This document shows positions 31,507-40,520 of a stretch of 64,000 nucleotides of DNA, one piece after another. Both the position numbers and the translations under genes were made by a program. The stretch is taken from assembly GCA_963793425.1 (NCBI GenBank), contig CAWCAG010000007.1:128001-192000 (forward strand). Reading direction: 5' to 3'. Positions within the stretch are counted from its first letter, which is position 1. Each line of letters opens with the position of its first letter. This DNA is from an uncultured cyanobacterium (GTDB taxonomy: Bacteria; Cyanobacteriota; Cyanobacteriia; Cyanobacteriales; CAWCAG01). The notes beneath the pieces are model-generated. The model did no database searches and was not told the origin of the DNA. It saw nothing but the letters and a program-made list of their open reading frames with translations.

Positions 31507-33588
31507 ATGCAAGACTTCCCTAAATTGCAAGAAGGTAATTATCAAATACTTTCAGAATTAGGTCACAATAGTTTAGGAGGCAGAGTAACCTATCTCGCTA
31601 ACCAAGTAGCTACTAATGTTCAGGTTGTTATTAAGCAATTTCAATTTGCCAAATTGGGTGCTAATTGGCAAGAATACGAAACTTACGAACAGGAATTAAA
31701 GATGCTGCGGAGTCTTAATCATCCCAGCATTCCTCGTTACTTAGATTCCTTTTCTACACTTCAAGGTTTTTGTTTAGTACAAGAATACATTGAAGCTGTC
31801 CCTTTAACCATATCAAGAAATTGGACACCGGATGGAATAAGACAACTTGCCCTTTCTATTTTAGATATTCTTATTTATTTGCAACAACAACAACCTTGCA
31901 TTATTCATCGGGATTTAAAACCAGAAAATATTTTAATTGATGAAGAAGAGAAAGTTTATTTAGTAGACTTTGGTTTTGCCCGAAGTGGTGGGGGAGAAGT
32001 TGCCGTTAGTAGCGTGGTGAAAGGTACTTTAGGATTCATGCCACCGGAACAACTTTTTAACCGCCAGTTAACCAAATCTGCTGATTTATACGGTTTGGGA
32101 ATGACGTTGATTTGTTTATTAACAGGGACAAATTCTGCTGCGGTAGGCAGCTTAATTGATGCTAATTATCATACTCATTTCCGTCACCTTGTACCATCAG
32201 GGGCGAATGGTTGGTTAAACTGGTTAGAGACATTAGTAGAACCAAATCCTCAAGAACGTTTTGCTGATGCTAAAACAGCGAAAGAAGCATTAGAAGAAAT
32301 TGATCTAACTCGCTTACCGAAACTGAGGTTAAGTGAAAGACATCTAGAGATTGAAGCAAAGAAATGGGGAGAGAAAGTTACAGCAACTTTAGAAATTAGT
32401 AATCCCATTCCTGACACTCTACTTTCTGGACATTGGGAAGTTATAGCCCATAATAGTGATCCACCTCATACTCCCTATGATCATAGTTGGATTAATATTC
32501 ATCCTCTTAAGTTTTCTAGTAATCAGCAAACCTGTGAAATTGAAGTTGACACCAGTAAGTTGTTGGCTGGAGAAAGTTATAAGCGGCAGCTAGTCTTACA
32601 TAGCAATGCAGCAGAAGATAGTCGAGTAGTCGATTTAGAGGTTAAAACACCACCTTTACCTAAATTGCCGCACCTTCATTATCCCTCTTTAATGCTAGTT
32701 GCTGGAGTTTATTTTATAGCAGCATTAATATTTTCTATTGTATTTGTTGAAAAATTAGAAAATCCCTTTTTATCTCAACTTATTTCAGTCAAGGACTTTT
32801 CTTTAAAATGGTTGATTTTCTTCTCTGCCTTCGGCATATTAGCAGGGACTCCTGTTAGTGACAGATTATTCAAAATAGCTACTCCTAAAAATATACAAAC
32901 TTTTGCTATTCAAGCAAGATACGGAGCAATTTCAGGTTTATTTATCGGCTTTAGTATAGTTATTGTATCAGACCTTCTTCTTTTGTCTTATTATTTACGA
33001 AGTACAATTATGGTATTTTCGACCTTTTTGGGGGTAATTGCTTTTACCTATAGAAAGGTAAGTTTTCAAGAAAAAGCAGTTGATAAATATACGAAGTTAA
33101 TAGCCTTGTATTTAGCTATAGCTATAGGACTTTTACTAATATATGCTTATACAATTCATCCTAAAGGAGTTACAGATGGTTTGAGTATCTTTAGTTTAGG
33201 TATTTTTCTCTCTTTACCAAGTTTATATCTTGGCTACAAAATTCTAAAAAACGCTTGGGAAAAGAATATAAATTCAGGATTCTCTTCTATACAAGCTAGT
33301 CATATCAGTTTGTTGACTGCTGGTTTAGCAGCAAGTATTGGTGCTGCTATCACAGCTATTTATTACTACAATAATCAAAAATCACTATCTAATACAATCT
33401 ATTATTATGATTATATTGAAAGTTCTGAATTTCCGTTAGGGCCATTAATTGCCATTATTGCTATAGCCAGTGTTTGTCTTATTACTCATAGCATTATACT
33501 TCTTATAAGTGTTATCTCTAAGCAACGTTATGTTAAAAGAATAGTTGCTCAATATCAAGTGAAGGAAGGGCAACTTATTAAGCCTTAA
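31507..33588 (+). CDS. Ser/Thr protein kinase 1 with Ig-like domain and polytopic membrane C-terminus
   Basis: VVIK, HRDLKPEN, DFG and GTLGFMPPEQ; then a beta-rich domain (NPIPDTLLSG.WEV..H..DPPH) and multiple TM helices. Confidence 0.93.
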   Translation: MQDFPKLQEGNYQILSELGHNSLGGRVTYLANQVATNVQVVIKQFQFAKLGANWQEYETYEQELKMLRSLNHPSIPRYLDSFSTLQGFCLVQEYIEAVPLTISRNWTPDGIRQLALSILDILIYLQQQQPCIIHRDLKPENILIDEEEKVYLVDFGFARSGGGEVAVSSVVKGTLGFMPPEQLFNRQLTKSADLYGLGMTLICLLTGTNSAAVGSLIDANYHTHFRHLVPSGANGWLNWLETLVEPNPQERFADAKTAKEALEEIDLTRLPKLRLSERHLEIEAKKWGEKVTATLEISNPIPDTLLSGHWEVIAHNSDPPHTPYDHSWINIHPLKFSSNQQTCEIEVDTSKLLAGESYKRQLVLHSNAAEDSRVVDLEVKTPPLPKLPHLHYPSLMLVAGVYFIAALIFSIVFVEKLENPFLSQLISVKDFSLKWLIFFSAFGILAGTPVSDRLFKIATPKNIQTFAIQARYGAISGLFIGFSIVIVSDLLLLSYYLRSTIMVFSTFLGVIAFTYRKVSFQEKAVDKYTKLIALYLAIAIGLLLIYAYTIHPKGVTDGLSIFSLGIFLSLPSLYLGYKILKNAWEKNINSGFSSIQASHISLLTAGLAASIGAAITAIYYYNNQKSLSNTIYYYDYIESSEFPLGPLIAIIAIASVCLITHSIILLISVISKQRYVKRIVAQYQVKEGQLIKP

Positions 33589-33598
33589 AGTTTCGTAA

Positions 33599-34228
33599 TT
33601 ACCAATTATAAATCGATTGGTAACTGTCTGGGCAAATTAGTCTATTATTTTCTAAACTAGGCATTTCAGTTGGTAAAGGTTGATGAGGTAAGATTTCGCA
33701 CATAACTGAGCTAGTTTTCGCTACTTCACTACTATTAGTAAAAATAGCAACTGAAAGTAAATAACTACTAACATTGTTTCTCCTAGCTTGAGCTATTGTA
33801 AGTATCTGTTCAACTCCGCCTTGAGGTTGAACTTCTTTTGGTTGCATTGGTACTAGAATCCGATAGCTATATTTGTGGCTATCTCTAGCTTTTGCTATAG
33901 CTGATTTTAAATTAGTATGATATTCCAAGGCTAAGTCTTTACTAATTTTTGGTACAATCTCTTCTTCAATTTTTTCAGTGGGACTCAATGAGTAATAAAT
34001 ATCAGGATATCGCTTTCTATTGTTAAAAAGTTTGACTATCCGTTTTCTAGAAAAAGTATATTCTAGATCATGCCAACAGTTTGACTCAAAAAAGCTACCA
34101 TCACAAAAGCTATATGCAGGAATAAGTAAAAGAGTAGCTACATTACTATAAAGAAAAATCCTAACTAAAAAACCTAAAAAGGTATAACCTTTTGCTTTCT
34201 CTTGATTAACTTGCTCATGATTAGACAT
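33599..34228 (-). CDS. Type IV pilin-like (G/H family) protein 1
   Basis: KG|YTF plus a hydrophobic helix; YSYRI, SSYL.SV and a C-terminal C...CP disulfide pair. Confidence 0.7.
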   Translation of the reverse strand: MSNHEQVNQEKAKGYTFLGFLVRIFLYSNVATLLLIPAYSFCDGSFFESNCWHDLEYTFSRKRIVKLFNNRKRYPDIYYSLSPTEKIEEEIVPKISKDLALEYHTNLKSAIAKARDSHKYSYRILVPMQPKEVQPQGGVEQILTIAQARRNNVSSYLLSVAIFTNSSEVAKTSSVMCEILPHQPLPTEMPSLENNRLICPDSYQSIYNW

Positions 34229-34264
34229 GATTTTAATTAAGAATCGCTATATTCACTGTTTAAA

Positions 34265-34314
34265 TTCTAGCTAAAGTTTATAGAATAGGAGAAGTTTCTC
34301 ATCAATTTTGCAAA
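34265..34314 (+). promoter_or_regulatory. Conserved kinase promoter/leader, copy 2 (-10 TAGAAT at 34281)
   Basis: AAGTTTATAGAATAGG; -10 starts 34 nt before the ATG. Confidence 0.6.
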
Positions 34315-35580
34315 ATGGCAGACTTCCCTGACTTTACTAACTACGGCTATCAAATACTCTCAGAATTAGGACATAATCGTGCTGGGGGCAGAGTCACCTA
34401 TTTAGCCAAAGAAATTAATACCGGAATTTCTGTCGTTATTAAACAGTTTCAATTTGCTCAAACTAGCAACACTTGGTCAGATTATCATGCTTATGAAAGA
34501 GAAATTGCTGTCCTGAAAAAAATTAATCATCCGCAAATTCCTCGCTACCTTGACTCTTTTCCTACTGTTAGTGGTTTTTGCTTGTTGCAAGAATATAAAA
34601 ATGCCCCTTCTTTAGTGAAGCAAACTCAATTATCACCTCAACAGGTAAAACAGATTGCGATCGCAGTTTTAGATATTCTGCAATACTTACATAACCAAGT
34701 TCCCCCAATTATTCACCGGGATTTGAAACCAGAGAATATTTTAGTAGATAAAGATTTGAAAGTTAATTTAGTAGACTTTGGTTTTGCCCGGTTAGGAGGA
34801 GGAGAAGTTGCTGTTAGTAGTGTGGTCAAAGGTACATTAGGTTTTATGCCCCCAGAACAAATGTTTAACCGCCAAATTACTCCCGCTTCGGATCTTTATA
34901 GTTTGGGGGCAACGTTAATTTGTTTGCTTACTGGCACTCCTTCTACAGAAGTGGGTAACTTAATGGATGAAACCGGAAAAATTAACTTTATCAAGCAAGT
35001 TCCTCACCTTAGTTTTGAGTTTATTGATTGGTTGCAAAAAATGGTTGCACCTCTGCCTCAAGAGCGCTATAGTAGTGCAGAAGTAGCTTTAAATGCTCTG
35101 ATTACTTTGCAAGTTTTACGTCCCCAAGAATCGATTGGAAAGCTTAAATTTGTAACGACTTTAGCTTTAGTAATTGCCGGGCTTGTTATAGTTATAGATA
35201 CTCCTTTGTCAAGAAAACAACAGCTTGGTGTAGCCGAATTAAATCCTTCAGCAGTGAAAATGTATACTCAAATGGGATCAGCTTTAGATGGTGCAGGGGA
35301 AGAATTAAAATCTGTACCTCTTAATGTTGAACAAGTTTACTTCACAGTAAAAATGGATGATGTAACTAGTTCTAGTAGTGAGAGTGTTTGTCAACTTTTT
35401 GATAGTGAAGGAAAATTGGTAGGGATGGGAAATACTGAATTATTTGGTGAACAAGGAAGTTTAGAAACTTTCTGTGCCTATCAATTTTCTCCCGAAACAG
35501 CTAAACCAGGGCAATGGCAGTTTAATTTTGCTGTTGATGGGAAAGTGGTAGTCAAGAAAAATATTACCGTAGTTAATTAA
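34315..35580 (+). CDS. Ser/Thr protein kinase 2 with a single TM and C-terminal beta-sandwich domain
   Basis: HRDLKPEN, DFG and GTLGFMPPEQ; TM FVTTLALVIAGLVIVI; C-terminus PGQWQFNFAVDGK. Confidence 0.93.
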   Translation: MADFPDFTNYGYQILSELGHNRAGGRVTYLAKEINTGISVVIKQFQFAQTSNTWSDYHAYEREIAVLKKINHPQIPRYLDSFPTVSGFCLLQEYKNAPSLVKQTQLSPQQVKQIAIAVLDILQYLHNQVPPIIHRDLKPENILVDKDLKVNLVDFGFARLGGGEVAVSSVVKGTLGFMPPEQMFNRQITPASDLYSLGATLICLLTGTPSTEVGNLMDETGKINFIKQVPHLSFEFIDWLQKMVAPLPQERYSSAEVALNALITLQVLRPQESIGKLKFVTTLALVIAGLVIVIDTPLSRKQQLGVAELNPSAVKMYTQMGSALDGAGEELKSVPLNVEQVYFTVKMDDVTSSSSESVCQLFDSEGKLVGMGNTELFGEQGSLETFCAYQFSPETAKPGQWQFNFAVDGKVVVKKNITVVN

Positions 35581-35648
35581 TAGAATTGGCTTATTAGTAA
35601 TTTTTTAAAGGTAAGAATCAATGAAGAGTAAAAATAGTTATAGAAAAG

Positions 35649-35698
35649 GCTTTTTAGGAGCGCACCTTTTCCACCATGTACATAATATCATGTCAAGG
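35649..35698 (-). repeat. Dispersed repeat core, copy C
   Basis: Reverse complement is identical to copy A over the first 38 bp. Confidence 0.85.
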
Positions 35699-35784
35699 AG
35701 CAACAAAACAAGTCTTTTAAAAAGAAATTCTTGCCCTAATTATCTCATTCTAGATTCGGCTTATTGAAAGATGGGAAAACTGCT

Positions 35785-36354
35785 TTACTTGATAGTCTCA
35801 TAACCTTCAGGACAAACCAACTTATCCTCAACTATTTTTGGCATTATTGTTGGTAAAGCTTGATTCGGTTTTATTTTACACAAAACTGCTATTGTCTTAT
35901 CTGTTTCAGCAGAAGCGTTAGGAATAGCAACAACTGAACCTAAATAACTACTGAGATTTGCTTTCTTCGCTTGTCCAATATTAACTATCTGTTGAAATTC
36001 ATATTGAGGTGCAAGCTCTTGAGGCTCCATCGGTGTTACAATTTGATAGCTGTAATCCACAGTATCTTTATACCTTTCTAAAGCTAATCCCGATAAATCA
36101 ATGGAAAACTGGTTGTTCCTTGCATAATAAGTTTGTTGGGCAAGATTAACTGAATTGATCTTCGTCTTAGCTTCTGATTGTTTATCCTCATCAGTAGAGT
36201 TGTTCTGGATACATAAAAAACAATTTGGATCAAACTTTTGAAAAGGAAGCAGTAAAGTAGTTAGCACACTGCTATAAAGAAAAACTCTGACTAAGAAGCC
36301 AGGGAAAGTAAAACCTTTTATGCTTTGTTGCTTAATTTGCTTATATTTAGACAT
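35785..36354 (-). CDS. Type IV pilin-like (G/H family) protein 2
   Basis: KG|FTF plus a hydrophobic helix; KQSEAK..I.S.N.AQQ.YY...N.F, YSYQI, SSYLG.V and C...CP.G. Confidence 0.8.
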   Translation of the reverse strand: MSKYKQIKQQSIKGFTFPGFLVRVFLYSSVLTTLLLPFQKFDPNCFLCIQNNSTDEDKQSEAKTKINSVNLAQQTYYARNNQFSIDLSGLALERYKDTVDYSYQIVTPMEPQELAPQYEFQQIVNIGQAKKANLSSYLGSVVAIPNASAETDKTIAVLCKIKPNQALPTIMPKIVEDKLVCPEGYETIK

Positions 36355-36446
36355 TAAACATTTATCATTTACCTAATTTAGTATGCAACAACGGCAAGCC
36401 GTACAATTAGCTAATGATTGCCGGATCACTACATTCAATGTTTCAA

Positions 36447-36496
36447 TTCTAACCAAAGTTTATACAATAGGGAAAGTTGCTACCCAATTTGGTAAA
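36447..36496 (+). promoter_or_regulatory. Conserved kinase promoter/leader, copy 3 (-10 TACAAT at 36463)
   Basis: AAGTTTATACAATAGG; -10 starts 34 nt before the ATG at 36497. Confidence 0.6.
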
Positions 36497-38569
36497 ATGG
36501 CAGACTTCCCTGAATTAAAAGACTATAAGATTCTGCAAGAGTTAGGACACAATAGTTTAGGGGGGCGAGTAACTTATCTTGCTAACCAGGTAGCTAATAA
36601 CCAGAAGGTTGTTATCAAACAGTTTCAGTTTGCCCAACTGGGGGCTAATTGGCAAGAATATGAAACCTACGAACAAGAATTAAATATGCTGCGGAATCTC
36701 AACCATCCCAGCATTCCTCATTACTTAGATTCTTTCTCTACTCCCCAAGGTTTCTGTTTAGTACAAGAATACATCGAAGCAGTTCCTTTAACCACACCGA
36801 AAAGTTGGACATCGGATAGTATTAGACAACTCGCCTTGGCTGTTTTAGATATTCTTATTTATTTGCAACAACAGCAACCTGGTATTATTCATCGGGATTT
36901 AAAACCAGAGAATATCTTAATAGATGTAGAAGAGAAAGTTTATTTAGTAGACTTTGGTTTTGCCGGTAGTGGAGGGGGAGAAGTCGCCGTTAGTAGTGTG
37001 GTGAAAGGTACATTAGGCTTTATGCCACCGGAACAACTTTTTAACCGCCAGTTAACCGAATCTGCTGATTTATATGGTTTAGGAATGACGTTGATTTGTT
37101 TGTTAACGGGGACTAATTCTGCAAGCATAGGAAATTTAATTGATGCTAACTATTATGTTCATTTTCGTCACATAGTACCATCGGGGGCCAATGCTTGGTT
37201 AAATTGGTTAGAGAATTTGGTAGAAGCGAATCCTCAAGACCGTTTCGCTAATGCAACTGAAGCTAAGGAAGCATTAGAAGAAATCGATTTAAGTCGCTTA
37301 CCGAAATTGAGGTTAAGTAAGGAAAAGTTAGAGTTTAAAGCAAACAGATGGGGGAAAAAGATTGAAGCAAGTTTAGATATTACTAATCCCATTCCTGACA
37401 CTTTACTTTCTGGGCGTTGGGAAGTTGCTGCCCATAAGAGTGATCCACCCCATAGCCCTTATAAACACAGTTGGATTAATATTCATCCTCTTAAGTTTTC
37501 TAGTAATCAACAAACTTGTCAAATTGAAGTCGATACCAGTAAGTTATTAGCTAATAGAATTTATCAACGGCAACTAATTTTACATAGCAATGCAGGAGAA
37601 GATAGTCGAGTAGTTGATTTAGAAGTTAAAACACTACCTTTACCTAAATCACCTCGTATTCATTATCTTTCTTTAATACTAGTCGCTGGTGTTTATTTTC
37701 TAGCGGTATTGCTATGTAGCCAATTTCTTCTGAATGCAGATGCTTTTGTTGAAAACTTTTCTTTAAATTTGCTATTTTTGCTATTTGGTTGGGGTATCTT
37801 ATGGGGAACTCCTATTAATGATAAATTGCTATCTATAACGAACAAGAATGTTCATTTAAGATTTGCTATGGGGGCATTGATAGGAACTATTTTTGCTTTA
37901 TTGATAGTATTCTATATCCCATTCTTGCTCGCAACTATAACTTTTTCTAGTTTTGTTTTAATGGGAGTAAGCGCTTTCCCTAGTGAAGAGGTGAACACAA
38001 AGAAAGCTTCTATTAATAATAGAAAGAAATTAATCTGGTTGTTATTGCTTCTTTTGGGGGGATACGTATTAACCGTTTTGGGGTTAAGTATATATCCGAT
38101 AGAATTTATTGCCTACTCCTCAAACTCACAAAATGTATATGAGGGTTCTATTTTTTCCTACATTTGGCAAAAACTCGAAGTAATATGGCCCTACATTTGG
38201 CAAGGATGTGGAATGATAATAGTCTTTTTTGCTAGTGTTTGCTTCAGTTACGTAATTTCAAAAAATGCTAAAGACAAACATATATTACAACTCGGCATTT
38301 CTGACAGTGAAGCCCATTCTCTTAGTTTTCTAACTGCTGGTTTAGGAGCAAGTATTGGTGCAGTAATTGTGGCTATTTATTGTCTCACCAATCAAGCTAT
38401 ACTTTCTAATCTCAACTTACAACAGCAATTAGTTATTATTACTTTAGCCAGTATTCCTATGATTGCCCATGCTAGCTTGCTCAGTAAATTTATTATTTTT
38501 AAACCACGCCATATCAAAAGAATAATTACCAACTATAAAAATCAAAAAGAACAATTAATCAAGCCTTAA
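36497..38569 (+). CDS. Ser/Thr protein kinase 3 with Ig-like domain and polytopic membrane C-terminus
   Basis: Close paralogue of 31507..33588. Start MADFP at 36497 chosen by homology with the other kinases. Confidence 0.93.
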   Translation: MADFPELKDYKILQELGHNSLGGRVTYLANQVANNQKVVIKQFQFAQLGANWQEYETYEQELNMLRNLNHPSIPHYLDSFSTPQGFCLVQEYIEAVPLTTPKSWTSDSIRQLALAVLDILIYLQQQQPGIIHRDLKPENILIDVEEKVYLVDFGFAGSGGGEVAVSSVVKGTLGFMPPEQLFNRQLTESADLYGLGMTLICLLTGTNSASIGNLIDANYYVHFRHIVPSGANAWLNWLENLVEANPQDRFANATEAKEALEEIDLSRLPKLRLSKEKLEFKANRWGKKIEASLDITNPIPDTLLSGRWEVAAHKSDPPHSPYKHSWINIHPLKFSSNQQTCQIEVDTSKLLANRIYQRQLILHSNAGEDSRVVDLEVKTLPLPKSPRIHYLSLILVAGVYFLAVLLCSQFLLNADAFVENFSLNLLFLLFGWGILWGTPINDKLLSITNKNVHLRFAMGALIGTIFALLIVFYIPFLLATITFSSFVLMGVSAFPSEEVNTKKASINNRKKLIWLLLLLLGGYVLTVLGLSIYPIEFIAYSSNSQNVYEGSIFSYIWQKLEVIWPYIWQGCGMIIVFFASVCFSYVISKNAKDKHILQLGISDSEAHSLSFLTAGLGASIGAVIVAIYCLTNQAILSNLNLQQQLVIITLASIPMIAHASLLSKFIIFKPRHIKRIITNYKNQKEQLIKP

Positions 38570-38599
38570 AACTTAAATAATTCACAATTCAGTAGCTAA

Positions 38600-39214
38600 C
38601 TAACCAACTTGAAAAACCTGTTCTGCTGTTAAAGTAAATTGTGGGAAAGTTGGAGAAATAATTGTTTCATCACCTCGAAACTGACTGACGTAATATTCTC
38701 CTTCAATTAGTTGATATACAGATAAAGTTGCTTGTTTAGGATTACCAATAAAATTCCTTCCTCCCAGGGCTGCATAATCAACAATCCAATATTCAGCAAT
38801 ACCCATCTCCTCATAATCTGCCCGCTTTTTAAAGTAATCATTGCGCCAGTTTGTACTCACAACCTCAACAACAAGCTTCACAGATTGAGCATTTTCAATA
38901 ATTGATTCTTTTTCCCAACGAGGTTCAAGGGGAACTTCATTTTGATCGATAATAATAATATCGGGTTCGTAACCGTTACCATTAACTGATTTAACTATAG
39001 ATTCTCTCGGAATTGTCCAAACCCCTCGCTTGCCCATAGCAATAATGGTAAGGATTAATTCTTCAATCAGAAATCCGGTGACATTAGAATGCTTTCCCGT
39101 TGGTTTAGGCATTTCAACAATAATCCCCTCATAAAGTTCGTAACGCCCGCTTTCGTTGGGATACCAGGTAATAAATTCTTCAAAGGTAGTAGGTTTAGTT
39201 AAAGATTGAACCAT
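38600..39214 (-). CDS. Uma2-family endonuclease
   Basis: RYEL..G.IVEM, EPD, LVVEVVSTNW.NDY and EYWIVDY. Confidence 0.92.
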   Translation of the reverse strand: MVQSLTKPTTFEEFITWYPNESGRYELYEGIIVEMPKPTGKHSNVTGFLIEELILTIIAMGKRGVWTIPRESIVKSVNGNGYEPDIIIIDQNEVPLEPRWEKESIIENAQSVKLVVEVVSTNWRNDYFKKRADYEEMGIAEYWIVDYAALGGRNFIGNPKQATLSVYQLIEGEYYVSQFRGDETIISPTFPQFTLTAEQVFQVG

Positions 39215-39300
39215 AGCATTTCCCGTAGAGGAATTATTTTAAATTTTAGCCTAGGTGCAAACGGTGGTCGCTTAAAACCATCTGTAAAATCAAAGGCAAT

Positions 39301-40443
39301 TTAGCTATTAAAAACATCACTAGCTGCGGCAATACCTGCCCCTGGGGTTATCTCTTTGCCTAACTCTGGCAAAACTGCTTCTAAAGCAGCAATAACTGTG
39401 AGGATATCGCGATCGCCAGCAAAACCAAGATGCCCAATCCGGAAGATTTTCCCTTTTAAATGGTTTTGCCCGCCCGCTAGTTCAATATTAAACCGCTTCT
39501 TCAGCAATCCTCGAATTGCTTCAGATTCCACAGGATGAGGCGAAATTGCTGTGACAGCAGGGCTAGCTGCAGTTTCCTTGGCAAACAGAGTCAAACCCAA
39601 AGCTTTTATTGCTTCACGAGTCGCTTTTCCTAAACGTTGATGTCGCCGGAAAATATTTTCTAACCCTTCTGCTTGCATCATCTCCAAAGCCACCCGGAGT
39701 CCAAACATTAAGTTTACCGGAGGTGTAAAGGGGCTACTATCTTGTGCCGCAAAATCTCTGTACTTACCTAAATCAAGGTAAAAACGGGGAAACTTAGCTA
39801 ATTTATAAGCTGCCCAAGCTTTAGGGCTAACAGATACCAAACCCAAGCCAGGGGGAATCATATAACCTTTTTGGGAACCAGAAACAACCACATCCAAACC
39901 CCACTCATCTACAGGTAGATTGCAAGTTCCTAGGCTGGTGACAGCATCAACAATCACTAAACTGTATCCAACTTCCTTAACGTACTTAGCAATAGTTTCT
40001 AGGTCATTGAGAACCCCTGTAGAGGTTTCGGAATGGGTAACAATCACCGCCTTAATTTTTGGATCTTTCTCTAAACAAACACGAAACTCCTCTGGATCAA
40101 GAGGTTGCCCCCACTCCGCCGCAACTTTCGTCACCTGTAAGCCAAAAATCTCGCACAAATCTACCCAGCGATCGCCAAACTTCCCATTACAACCAACCAA
40201 AACGCCATCGCCAGGACTAAGAAAATTAATAATCCCAGCTTCGGTTGCCCCCGTACCACTTACAGTTAGGGGCAAAACATCATTTTCAGTTTGATGTAAC
40301 CACTTCAGCCCCGCCGTTATCTCGGCGCTAAGTTGATTGTATTCCGAACTACGATGGCTAATCGGTTGTTGCGCGATCGCCCCCAAAACCTTCTCCGGTA
40401 CAGGAGTAGGCCCCGGAATCATTAACATTGGTTTATTGTTCAT
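39301..40443 (-). CDS. Alanine-glyoxylate/serine-pyruvate aminotransferase (class V)
   Basis: LMIPGPTP, HSETSTG, DAVTS, SGSQKG and FRIGHLG. Start MNNKP. Confidence 0.93.
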   Translation of the reverse strand: MNNKPMLMIPGPTPVPEKVLGAIAQQPISHRSSEYNQLSAEITAGLKWLHQTENDVLPLTVSGTGATEAGIINFLSPGDGVLVGCNGKFGDRWVDLCEIFGLQVTKVAAEWGQPLDPEEFRVCLEKDPKIKAVIVTHSETSTGVLNDLETIAKYVKEVGYSLVIVDAVTSLGTCNLPVDEWGLDVVVSGSQKGYMIPPGLGLVSVSPKAWAAYKLAKFPRFYLDLGKYRDFAAQDSSPFTPPVNLMFGLRVALEMMQAEGLENIFRRHQRLGKATREAIKALGLTLFAKETAASPAVTAISPHPVESEAIRGLLKKRFNIELAGGQNHLKGKIFRIGHLGFAGDRDILTVIAALEAVLPELGKEITPGAGIAAASDVFNS

Positions 40444-40520
40444 TAATGAAGAAAAGGTAACGGGGTAACAGGGAGACAAAGCATCACTGATCATTGATCA
40501 TTGACCATTGACCATTGACC

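Noticed and set aside
26187..35698. The three-copy repeat as a CRISPR array
   Set aside because: Copies are kilobases apart and in mixed orientation, with no spacers and no cas genes.
31507..38569. Kinase variability caused by a diversity-generating retroelement
   Set aside because: There is no reverse transcriptase, no template/variable repeat pair with adenine-specific differences, and no C-type lectin-like terminal domain.
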